Source: Lepidodermella squamata (Eukaryota > Animalia > Gastrotricha). Taken from it: DNA of 64,000 bases. Where the stretch lies: positions 4,340,001 to 4,404,000 of the forward strand of contig JBLDXI010000007.1 of NCBI GenBank assembly GCA_047495785.1. Reading direction: 5' to 3'. Shown in pieces: positions 39,001 to 50,700 of the stretch. The notes under the pieces were generated by a model, which made no database searches, was not told the DNA's origin, and saw only the letters and a program-made list of their open reading frames with translations. The position numbers and the translations under genes are program-made. How positions within the stretch are numbered: the first letter of the stretch is position 1; each line of letters starts with the position of its first letter.

Positions 39001-41029
39001 GCCACTCAGACAACCTCAGTTGCAGCTGGTAAACGAAAGAGAGCAATTTCTGTATCAAATGTTCAGATTCCTAGTTCAAAAACTGTTATTCAAGCCAAGC
39101 AGGGTGACCCAGGTAAAGCTTTTGGTCTTTCTAGCACATTATCAGGCCCGCCTACGTTACGGCTCTGCGCGCGCCCCTATTGGCCGGCCATTTCGCGCAC
39201 ACTGTTACGCAACACACGCGCGCCGTAAGTGCGTGCGTGCACAACTGAATCAATTTTAACCCAAAAAAGTCGCGCATTTCGCATATATTTTATCAGATTT
39301 ATAAAACATAATTTCAACCGAAAAAATCTTTATCTATCGATATAAAATGTGCATGGTAGGTACAAAAAATAAGCTAACGTGGCTAACTTTTGGACATACA
39401 CAACAAGGCACGCTCACTCGCCCAAGTCGTGCGCATTGTTATTTATCGCTAATTTTACCGCGCGCGCAGTTGTCAAAGAGAAACTTGAACCTTTTGTGGC
39501 GGTTTTTATGCCAAGATGAAGAGAATTTAATCCTCTATCGATTGAATATAGGGTTCTCGCTCGAAAAATTGAAAGGGAAAAAGTTTTACGTGCACTGAAA
39601 AATTAGGGCGGGTGACCTCACGCGAGCGCACCACCAAGTAAAAATTGTGCACGTCAAATGTTTAATTCCAAATTTCAATCGTAACGAATCTATATTCAAT
39701 CGATAGAGAATTCAATTTACTTCATTTTGATGTAAAAGCCGACGTGAAATTCATAGATTGCCCTTTGATTTCAGTTCAAAATGAGCTGACCAATAGGAGC
39801 GCGCGCAGAGCCATAACGTAGGCGGGCCTGAAAATGTGCGTCTTTCTACCTGAATCTGTCACAAAAATTCTGAATCAGATTCAGCTGCTGCCTTGGAAAT
39901 CGTCGCAAAATCGCAAAATTCAAGTTCCCAAATGATTCAAATGCTTCTTGGAAACCCTTCAAGCAAATACTACGACCTTCCAACATCTCCTTACACACTG
40001 GAAGACATTGTCAGCGGTTGCCCGGAATTATCTCCATCCCAAATTGTCCCGTTGCCTCAGGAACAAGCTCTCAATCAAGCGATGCTCATCACGCCAACAT
40101 TCGGCATCGACAAGTTGCTTGAAATTGACGCTGAAACTCAAAAGATATCCATTACGGGTTCGCTAATGTTGAGCTGGGCCGTTGATTCATGCCCAGCGGA
40201 AATTGATGACGTAAACGATCTTCAAGAATTAAAAATTGCGAACCGAAATTCGGTATGGAAGCCAGAGCTCAAGTTTATCGATACAGCTTCAGGCTGGAGT
40301 GAAGAATCACTGAAATCTGGCTTGATGGCTACAAGCCAAATCAAGGCTGAATCCATTAATTACACGCTACAATTTTATCAGATCTATTCAGGGAAGTTCA
40401 GTGGAACCTGCGTGAGTGATTTTGCTTATTACCCATTCGATCGACAAACTTGCGTCTTTGGATTTTCGCTGACTAAAGCCGTCACTACAGTTACATTTAA
40501 AGATCCGGCTTTTGTTGCTTCTGAGGTGAATCTGGGTGCAGGCTGGATCTACGAGGGCCGAATGACTGTGTTGACGATGGCTACACAAAGAGGCGTGAAA
40601 ACTAGCGCGGCCTTCTTTATTGTGACATTGAAACGTGATGGTTTGGGCCAATGGTCATCGCTGGTATCGCCAATTGGAGTTTTGGCTCTCGCCCTAGCTG
40701 CTTCTCTCTTTCTACCGCCCGGTTGCTTGCAACGCCCTGTGATTTCGGTCCTTGTTTTATTGGCTATGAGCGCAACAGGTTTCAACCTGTCCAAAGAATT
40801 GCCAGAACTTCAAAGCTATCAAAACTTCTACCTTGCACAATGCGCCAGTGGTCTGTTGTGGATTTGCGGAGCAACTGCATTGTTCCAACTGACTCTATGT
40901 TGCCACGAAAATGTATTAGCTTCGCCCAGCGCAAAGAGGGTTAGCCTAAGCCGTATATTCGACATGATTGTCGCTTTCCTTGTGGTCTCGTCGACTACGG
41001 CGCTGTTGCTTTATCAATTGCTTAGATGA
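36054..41029 (+). CDS. Tandem L-type lectin + mucin stalk + Cys-loop ligand-gated ion channel fusion, paralog 1 (~1083 aa, 12 exons)
   Basis: Exons 36054-36299, 36356-36479, 36830-37259, 37312-37492, 37553-37679, 37727-37956, 38008-38499, 38594-38635, 38685-38741, 38792-38851, 39001-39112, 39879-41029; all GT-AG, summing to 3252 nt in one open frame. Cys-loop CVSDFAYYPFDRQTC (C-x13-C), VWKPEL, and four TM segments. Confidence 0.8.
39134..39839. mobile_element. Mutator-type MITE in the last intron of the lectin-channel gene
   Basis: ~55-bp TIR GCACATTwTCAGGCCCGCCTACGTTA.GGCTCTGCGCGCGC... with a 9-bp TSD GTCTTTCTA. Confidence 0.85.
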
Positions 41030-41482
41030 AAGCCGCAATCATGCGGCCCTATCCAAGTTTTGGAACTATTGAGACATTTGTGATCCAATGATCAATGTTG
41101 CATCATGCTTCAAAATATTCCTAACCATTACATCGGTTATTTTTTCAGCTCTTTTTAGGCTTTTCGATGAATCAAGTCCACCCATAGAGAGAAAAAATGA
41201 CTCTATGAATCCACCAAAACAATTTGTAGAACTGCCCAAGTATGATTGATATTTCAGAGCTAAACTTGGTTATTTTGTGAAAATCGCATCACCCTGAAAT
41301 TCAACACTTATTTTTGAAAGATGAAAATTGTTCTCAGTTTTGAGTGAGCATTACAAATAACGAATGAAAAATGAAAATACGCTATTGCACTCAAGTAAAC
41401 TGTCAACAAACAACGTTTTTACGAGTTTCCAGGTAGTAAAAAATATATTTTCCACCTTAGTATCCATAATGATGAATCCCCG

Positions 41483-42033
41483 ATGACACAGCTGCGATTT
41501 TGTTTGCGTTCGGTGATAGGTATAAATATGTTCAAGTTCAACGTTCAACATACTGTTAACAGTGCCTTTTCCGTCAGCTCTTCCGCTCATTCTGCTCATT
41601 TTCAAACCAGCATGGGGCCAGCAGGTTGATCGAATACAATTACTCACATTCTACATGTTTTACCGGTGTATTATTCATTAAGCCTGCACCTACACCGGCA
41701 GTGACTTCTACAACTACGCTGCCTCCTCTGCCCCCGCCACCACCACCACCTGCTCAAGACGTTGTTCGGCAAACGCAAGTGGTTCTCGTTCCCGTAGTTG
41801 TCGGCGGGGCCGCTGTTGCAGCTGGCAATAAAGGACAAACAAGTATTTATAGCCTTTATTCAATGAGGATGATTTCAATTCATTTTCCGCTCGTTTCAGC
41901 TGAACCGACTGAGCTGAGTCCGGAAGCAACAATAGGCATTGTCATCGGCGTGTTATCTTTTTGTTTAACTGTGGCCATCACAATTGTTAGCATTCTCAAC
42001 AGCTGCGGCATATCAACTGCTTGTAAATGCTGA
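41483..42033 (+). CDS. Family member G (Pro-rich ectodomain, TM, CGISTACKC stop)
   Basis: MTQLRFCLRSVIALPLILLIFKPAWGQQ|PAPTPAVTSTTTLPPLPPPPPPP...|EATIGIVIGVLSFCLTVAITIVSILNSCGISTACKC. Confidence 0.75.
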
Positions 42034-42460
42034 ATAAACTGTGTCTAGTATAAAAGCATGCGTGCTTTTTCACTTGAATTCACGAAATTATATCCCATGT
42101 CGAATGTCAATCTCGAGAATCAGCAGAACGGGAGCAATTTTCAGTCTAACACAATTTAGGTTTCAGATTCCGGAAGCGCCAGAAGACGCGATTTTCCTCA
42201 ACCAACTCAATTTTTCTGATCATTTTTTGTTTGATTTAGTTCTTTATCGTCACCATCAAAATGAGTGATTACAATCTCATGTGGCATGAGATGAACGAAA
42301 TCCAGCAGCCATGCTGAGATCGTTTAGATAGAGAACGCCGAGATGCATGCACCGGGTGCATTCAGGGCGTCAATATGCCTATTATCAACAAGCACTTACA
42401 AATTCTCGCGTGAGGAAAGACATGTTAAAGTTTTGGTGCACTCAAGGAAGACAACTTCGG

Positions 42461-43074
42461 ATGTTTAGCTCTCTTGGGCTTGCTGTTTTCGGTAACATTT
42501 ACATAGCCACTGCTTGCAAACATTACCGTGAACATGTAAAACATTAATAAAGCTTCCGCGCTGTTAAATCTTCGCCATAGCATTAACGCGCAGCTGGTAT
42601 AATTCAGACTTCTTGTACTTTAAATTCAGCTTTCATCTGTAATTTCAAGGTCACCTCCCCTGCGATAATCTCAGCTCCAGTCATTGCTTCGTTCGCTTTG
42701 GATCAACCAAAAAGACCACCCGCCCCAGCAATGTCTCCGTCTCGACCTGTCTCGAAAGACATCGCTAACCCTATAGCCAATCCGATCGTTGTGAATCCTC
42801 AAATCAGCGTTCTCCCAACGATCGGCGACTCGTTGCTCGGTGGGCTGAATCAAATTTCCAACATAATAAAGCCGGCGAGTAGTAAGTTGAAACAGACTGA
42901 AATATAGTCATCACAAACTTATTTGTTTTCTTAGGTTCCAAAAGTGACTCGAAGGAGCTCGGAACAGAGGCTATTGTTGGCATCGTACTTGGAGTGCTGT
43001 CATTTTGCTTAACAGTTGCTATCACTATAACGAGCATTTTCACAAGTTGTGGCTTCACAACTTGCAAGTGTTGA
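42461..43074 (+). CDS. Family member H (TM, CGFTTCKC stop); an alternative in-frame ATG lies at 42422
   Basis: MFSSLGLAVFASALLNLRHSINAQL|VTSPAII...DQPKRPPAP...|EAIVGIVLGVLSFCLTVAITITSIFTSCGFTTCKC. Confidence 0.72.
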
Positions 43075-43538
43075 TAACGGGTAACAATAAAACCCCATGT
43101 TCAAAGCAATGAGAGCGCTGCTCTCAGTTGTGTCTGTTTTGCCGTGCTAATTAATCGCTGTGCATCAGGTGCATTCAACTTCGTACATATTGTTGATAAT
43201 CATTCGTTTTTTGCCCGCCGTAGCGTCGCAACGTCAATCGTTCATTGGGTTTTGTTAGTCTGTTGATCAATGCCAGGGGGTCCGATTTTCCTGGTCTTCA
43301 TATAAGTATAGAGTCTAGAGTTCAGTCGCTGTCAACGAGCAATCAATTCATCGCTTGGAAACGTAAGCGATCTGAAGGATTACTGCAATAATTGCTGACT
43401 GATGTCAACAACTTTCAAGCAGAGCTTCGGATTTGATTTAGTTTTATTTACGGCTTAATTTACGCACTTCCTTCCATCAATCATTTAAAAAGTCAATTCC
43501 TTCTGGAAATGTAAGAATCAAAAGGCCATACCTTTGTA

Positions 43539-46518
43539 CAGTGCTCCCTCGTTAGTGGCACCCTCCTTAAAAGAACTCCCTCGTTTGTAGACCGTAATTT
43601 TGGACCCTGCTAAATAAATTAGTAGTAAATTTTTAATTAAACACAAAATAATTATTTGATAAATTTAAAAAATTAAGCGTCAAAAATTAAAATAATAAAG
43701 CGTTCCTAGAAACCTAGCGGCGCGTTGTCGTGATTTTAGGCACTAAGCTGTTCTTGTGGCTTTGAAATGACTGTGATTATGCAACAGAGTGTGTGGATTA
43801 GCTGCCACTCAAATCGTGCTGCGAGTCGTCCTGCTTTTTTAGGTAAAACTCCATCAGAAATTCACCAGCTAGTTCATCAGAAACTAATTGGTAATTCGTT
43901 TCAACATCTATAAAAATGCCCTCCTATCTTCAATCTTCTTGATTTGCAGATTTTTCTGAGGTCAATAGCTGATCAATTAAACACCCATTGAGTTGCCCTG
44001 ATTTATCATGTTTTAGCAGTTTTCCTGACCAGAATAGCTTTTTTAATTTATCAACATGATCGAATTAGGATTAGAAATCGTGAATTTTGTCAGGAAAAAA
44101 TGAAACTTCGTGGTATTTTTTAAGAGTTAATCTAGTTTCGTCAGCTAATATTTGCGTTTTGTCAGCTAATTCCTGTTTTTGTCAGAAGTATCTTTTTCTG
44201 ACAGCAATGACTCTTTTTGACAGCAGAACTGCAATTTACCAGCTAGTTTAATGTTTATTGTAATTCAAACCATATTTCGCTAGCTAAGATCATATAAATG
44301 CGAATTACACATTTTTCTAACTATTTCAATATTCGGGTTGAAATGAATCCACGGCCAGTTTCAACGAATACTACGTGCGCACAGTCAGTCCAAAAAATCT
44401 GTTGAACCCGCATTTTTGGCACTTTCGACGCATCATAACAGCACAAATATGAATCGCTTGGGCTGCGAACTAGTCAGGGTTAGAGGGTTAGAAAAAGGCG
44501 GTATACAAGACTGTCAAGTTTTCATCCTGGGGGTGTCGATATGAGTTTGACGCAACGATAGAAGCGTGATAATTCCTTGTTATTCTGTAGAGTGATAGGT
44601 GTGGGGGTAGTAGAGAGGGAGTTCGGGTTCGATTTCACAAAAGTATATCATACATAGGTAGTTCGAGTAGTTACAGGCAATCAAGGTAAATTTTCGCTTT
44701 TTGCAATCATTTTCCTACTTTCTTTTTCTTGCGAAAAAATTAGCACTAATGTTAAAAGATGAAACTACGGTAATTACTACGGTAGGACTAAGGAAAAAAT
44801 CGGTTGACTTGGCGGCCGGACATTGCCGAAGCAGGGCGATTACGGCAATGACCTCTAATTGGCATTTTCCGCGATATTACCCAGTAGCGCGCAGTAGACG
44901 TTTAACATTTTAGATAATTTTAATTTTATTCAAAATTAGCTGATAAATAGTAGTTCTGCTGTTAAAAAGAGTCATTGCTGTCAGAAAACGATACTTCTGA
45001 CAAAAACAGGAATTAGCTGACGGAACAAGGAATTAGCTGACAAAACAATATACACCCTTTTTTAACGATTCGGTAGTTATTTCTCCATTATTGAAATAAC
45101 CCCGCTGGAATAAACCGTGAGCCGTGGGAAATGACTAGTAAAATCCAGGTTTTTCTGATCGAAATTCTTGAATTTTCCACACTAAATGATGAATTTTTTC
45201 CAGTTTTTTTCAAAATAATTTCCCAGCTGTGTTGCGTAATCAAGCGAAGAATCAAGTCCTTGTTTTCAGATTTAATTGAATTTAGATAAATAGAGTTATT
45301 CTCATAATAAACCGATTTAATCGTTCGAGTTGTGCTGAGTCATTGTAATTAGTAGCCGATTTTCGATAGTCTATAGGCCTGATCTACCATGAAACTGGCT
45401 GCCACTACTCTACGATTTCATTGCTCAACGCCTTGGCAATTTTACGGGTTTTTTTCACAACTTTTAATCATTCGATTTTGACTTTGAAAATCGCAACATC
45501 CCGAGGAGGGGCGGCGGGAGCTTCTGCCCGATTTTTTACCTTGATCTGATCTGAAGGCCAGTCGAATGAAAATCAGATCACGCCTGAGAAGATCCAAATT
45601 TATTCCATTCAAGCGAAACACCTATCGAACCGTTCCCTGTTGACGGAACCACACGTCTTATGCCTTGAAATTAGTCCGTAATTGCTCAATGCCATTAATG
45701 CGATGAATTTAAAACAGAAAAATTCAGGTTAACCGCGAAAGAATTATCGAAAATACATAATTCATCTTAATTTTTTCAAATTTCATATTAATTGGTCATT
45801 TTTTAAATAATTCTAGGAATTTTAGGCGAAGCATGACTTCTGAGAATGTTAGGCTGAATTTGCTGGTGATTTATTCAGAAGTATTCTGGTCAATCTTGAC
45901 CAAGGTGATTGATTTTTTAAGCTGTGATTTCAAATGAAATTGTTTGCGAAATCGGACGATCTGGGCATTTTGAAGTAAATTGAAATAATGAGCAGGGTGC
46001 GAAGTACAGGGGTGCTGGGGTGTCGCGACACCCCAGCTTCGGGATTCCAAACAGAGGAAGGCTGAAAATACCACAGGGAGGACCCTTTGGTTTCTTCGGC
46101 TTCGTGCTGGAAACTTGCCAGAAAACACCTCAGCTCCCGGATCCTACATCGCACACTGATAATGAGATTCCAGGTTTTGTTATTATTCTGAGTTCCGTAA
46201 CCCCAGGCAGGACTTAAAATCAGAGTAAAGAAACAAGGCCAGCCAGCCAAATCAAAGCCGCCCGGGCAACTCAGAAAAAAACTTTGCGACGAACTTATGA
46301 TTCATAGTGTTATTGTTTCACAGCCTTCAGCGAGCGAAATTTGTGATGACACGTAATCCGTGTCCGTCTCTTTCTGCGCGTTGGCATGGCAACTGTCTTA
46401 AGACGTAGAAACGGTCTATTTTTAGCTTCTGCATTCAATTACAGCCCTCGTTATAGCTTTCCCTTGTTTAAAGACCGGGTCTGGCTCCCGACCCAGTGCT
46501 TTTATCGAGGGAGCACTG
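43539..46518. mobile_element. 2980-bp non-autonomous Tc1/mariner-type element, copy 1
   Basis: TA|CAGTGCTCCCTCG...CGAGGGAGCACTG|TA with no transposase ORF. Contains a nested inverted-repeat element (~44135-45046) and a small MITE (~45993-46158) also seen at ~16366-16460. Confidence 0.85.
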
Positions 46519-46609
46519 TATTCATTTCGGTTTATTTATTGTTAAAATAGCAACTTTCCGAATTCAAAATGATAACCAAGATTGCTTGTTATTTTTGGTT
46601 GTGGGCAGC

Positions 46610-46892
46610 TCACGATCACGATCACGATTACGAATCCACGATTTCTCCTCGCCCGGACGGACACGAGCTTTCGCCATAAAAGGCGGAACTAGTTGGATAA
46701 TCGCGAGTTTACGCTCTAGGAAAGTTTGGTCTGGTTTACCCACTACTTAATGAGTACCCATGTACTCTATACCCCTGTTACTCCAGTCCTTGCTGACTGT
46801 TTCTCCAGGGACCAGGCATTGGTACCTAGGTGGTTACCCAATCAGCGAAGCCTACTAACGCCGTCGTAGCAAGAAAGCTACCAAAAGACTCC
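46610..46892 (-). mobile_element. SINE-like repeat with (CGTGAT)n tail (also at 54780-55062)
   Basis: Homologous to 22991-23176, with a tandem hexamer tail. Confidence 0.55.
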
Positions 46893-47718
46893 TAGTTTGA
46901 GAATGATTTACAAGAGGTAATTACACGGAGCCAAGATATAGAATTTCCCACTGGGAAAATCCGGCAATGCCTCTGCAACACCCCCTCTCAGACATTTCCA
47001 TTTGTCTTTATTTGGAACACATTGATTTACGAAATTATATATATATGCGCATGGTTTCAACTGCCATAAGACCTTTTTCTACAGGAGTTGCAACGCGGCT
47101 AATACGACCAATTTACCTGTGCACTTAGAGGAACCACGCAAAAGCACCCACCACTTAGCGACCGCGTGAAACTTTGAGTTGCATTCGAAAAGCCATTGAC
47201 TGCCCTTGACGTCAAAATCAATTTTAATGGCTTGTCCAATATGAGATGCACTTAGAGCATAATGCGAGCGCTCGAGCGATACCCAACTCAAACTCGCTTT
47301 GAATTATTCAACCAGCCTACCACGCTTTGCCGCTAAGAATTAGACAATTCTTCAGGCCACAAGTATACTTGAAGAGAAATATTTGTTGTAAAATTATGAT
47401 TGCTAAATTGAGATATACCTCGGCGTTGCTTTACAGGCGTTGCTTTACATGACCCCGAACCCCGAACCTACGCAACCAATTGACGTTTCGCCCTGCACTC
47501 TGGAGCTATTCGACGGAATCTGCAACTTGTATCACACAACATTCGGTGTACTCGAGCGAAATTCGAATAAAGACATAAAAGTTGTCATTAGCTTGCTTCC
47601 ACGTATAATCATCGACCACTTAACGCTTTCAAGCGAATGAATAATTCATTGTCTAACGCGCATTGCAATCGCATTGGAAAACATTTGAGGTGACAATTCA
47701 GGTCTGTGTGAAAACACC

Positions 47719-50700
47719 ATGTCGCAGTTTGCTTGTGCTGTTTTCTCGCTAAGCATTTTGAGTCTCGCTGATGCTCAAGGTGTGTCTCGCTGTGGGACTC
47801 TGCTTCCGCAGTTCTCGCTGTTCAACCACGCCGATGCCGACCGATCGGTTAACTGGGAGTTGTACCAAATGCCGGGTTTGAATGCAAGCATCTCGCCGGT
47901 GAATGCAACTCGCCTCTCGCTGAACAACCTCCAAAATTCGAACGGCGCCATTTGGGCGAGGAAAGTTAGTAATTGCGCTGATTTCTTAGCTTGTCTGAGC
48001 TGTATTTTCTCTTGCAAAGCCTTTCACACTGACCAACTTCTACATCGAAGCATGGGCTTACGTCAGCTCAAACTCTCCGGGCGGTTCAGGCGATGGTACC
48101 CTGTTTCTTATTGGTGACAATGCGTCTATCTCTCGGTTCAATTCTAGTAAGTACAGCGGTAGAGCTAAGAGACTGCCGACTGCGATAATTTCTATGGGTA
48201 TTTTATTTCTGGTTGGGCTTAATTAATTACGATTTGTTATTTGCTAATCCGACTAAATTCAGAACAGAAACGCAAGTGTAACGCCTGTTAAATTTCTTAT
48301 TTCTGCCACCAGGCTACCATTTCGGCGTAGACTGGACCTCTTTCACTGGCATGGGCGTCCATTTTTTCCCCTATCACGAGTCCTATTCATCATGGATAAG
48401 CACGGTGACTTATGGCGAAAACAACCAGCCGTACTACTGTTGGGCACGGGACACAATCTTGTGCACCAGCGTTAATGCAACAGCCTGGCTGATCAACAAG
48501 CCTGTCATGTACCAAATTCGAGTCGAAAATGGCAACAAAGTGACAATGGGGTCTTGCCGGTCAGATGGCGCATGCATCGGACCTTTCACTGGCTCGTCTA
48601 GTGCTTACTCGCTCGCTAACTCCTTCGCAGGCAAGCAACTGATGCTTGGCATCGGCGTGCGATCCGGCTGGAATACTGACACCGTCGACCTCCTAAGTGT
48701 AGCTGTCTACGACTGCTCGATTGCGGCATCGCCGAACAAGTAATTTATAAACGTGACGTTAACCATTAATTGCACATTCGATGAAGGGTTGAATCGTGTG
48801 GAACTTTGATGCCACAGTTTTCGCTGCTCAACCACGCGGTTGATCGAGCAGCCAACTGGGACAACTACCCACACTCGGGTATGAGCCTGGCTGGCCAGCC
48901 GGCAAACACAACGCGTCTGGCTTCCGAAGGCTCGAAAAACGCCGAATCAGGCTTATGGAACCGAAACGTAAGCGGATACTTGTTTCAAGTGACCACTTCA
49001 CAATGTTCCTTGCTGAAAGTGCGATAATAGTACATTTCCTATTAACCATTAATCATTAATCATTGCTAACACCAAGATTCGGAACCTGAGAAACAACCGC
49101 GTTGGAAGATGAATTATTCACTTAATCAATTCAAACTTAGCTTTCTTTTCGTAGCCTTTCAGCAAGTCGAGCTTCTACATCGAGCTATCGGTTAGTGTTA
49201 CCGACCTGGACAACGCACCATCGCCAGGAATCGCCCTCCTTATTGCTAGTAACCAATCGATCGGGCGACCATCAAATCTGCGTAATTTTCCCGACCTACT
49301 CTAAAACTTGCATCATCGCTTTAAATTGCAGAAAATGGCTTCGGCCTGGATTCAAGCAAATTCGTGGGTTTTTCGGTCGCATCCAACTTTTTATCGGGTT
49401 ATCTTAGTTCGAAAATTACGCCAACTTCTCCAGGGGGCTCTCTGTTCCCTGGCATTTGCAGTACCGCGGATAGCACAGTCTGCGCAGCTCTCAATTCAAC
49501 AACAAAAAACAATACGGTTCAATACCAGATTCGGCTCGACAATGGAGTGTCACTGTCGGTAATAATTTCGTTCTTTCGCAATATCGTTGTCACTATGAAA
49601 GCCTTTAACAGATTTCGGCTTGTTTGTTTGATGGCACGTGTTTCGGACCTTATACAGGAACTTTGCCGACTTCTCTAGCGAATTTGATGGCCGCTCAAGC
49701 TATGATGCTGGGCTTGGGAACCACAAGTGGAAACACATCAGACACAATCGATGTGATCAGCATTGCAGTCTACGATTGCACACAAACAACTACAAGCAGT
49801 CCCACGTCTACGATCGCAACCGATTCTTCGAAAGTTTCAACGTCAACTTCAAAGCCGTTGAAAACTACGACAGATCAGAGTTCCACTGAAGAAAATGACT
49901 TTGCGACCAATTCAGATAGCGAATTCCCGATTCCTGAGCTAGAGCGAGGCAATCACATGCCCACAGTCGATATCGAGGATCTGCTGCCTTGTAAAACCCT
50001 CGCCGCAGACTTGAGATCGCCTGATCCGAATACAAAAGTCTACGCAACGCTAACAGTTGAGAGACTAGCATCCGTTGATCAAAATGAGCAGCAAGTATCA
50101 CTGTGGGGCGGTCTGCTCCTCCAGTGGATGGTCAGCTCGTGCGGGGCTAATTATACAGCTCCAGAAGCTGATGACAAGGAACGGCTAGTTTCGACACGCC
50201 GAACTGATCTATGGCGACCTTCGTTGGTTTTCGCTAACAAAACACCTGATTTCGACCTCAGCAACCCGGCTTGCGGTGAGTCGATGGATATTGCCTATTA
50301 CCCAACTGCACCAAACCGCACTCTGTTCTTCCACTGGAACCGCGTTGGAACTTTCCCGGCCAGTTGCGAAATTGACTTGTCCAAGTTCCCTTTCGACACG
50401 CAAACCTGTGAGATGACAATGCTGATGTTCGAATCTGCTTATTTCATTCGAATTGGTGGAATGAATGTCTTGCTCATGGGCGACCTAACATACGGAGTTT
50501 GGGCTTTCGATTCGCTGAAGGTCCTGAAGGGAAATGTCACTAGTCCAATCAGACAATCTGACCAAGTTTCATTTGCCAAAGTGAAATTCACATTCAAGCG
50601 TAGCCCTGGTTACTACATCGTGAATATGGTTGTGCCTTGCTACGTTCTGATAATTCTCGCCTTTGCAACTTTCTTCATGGATCCAGCTGTTCCTGATCGG

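Noticed and set aside
39893-41029. Stand-alone 378-aa nicotinic receptor subunit, as suggested by the ORF track
   Set aside because: It starts at TTG without a signal peptide and splices in frame to the upstream lectin exons once the intronic MITE is recognised.
44486-44501. Telomere-like GGGTTA pair inside the mariner-type element
   Set aside because: Only two interrupted units; compatible with chance.
44701-47640. Short ORFs repeated two or three times at 8170-bp spacing
   Set aside because: No recognisable domains; the recurrence simply reflects the duplication.
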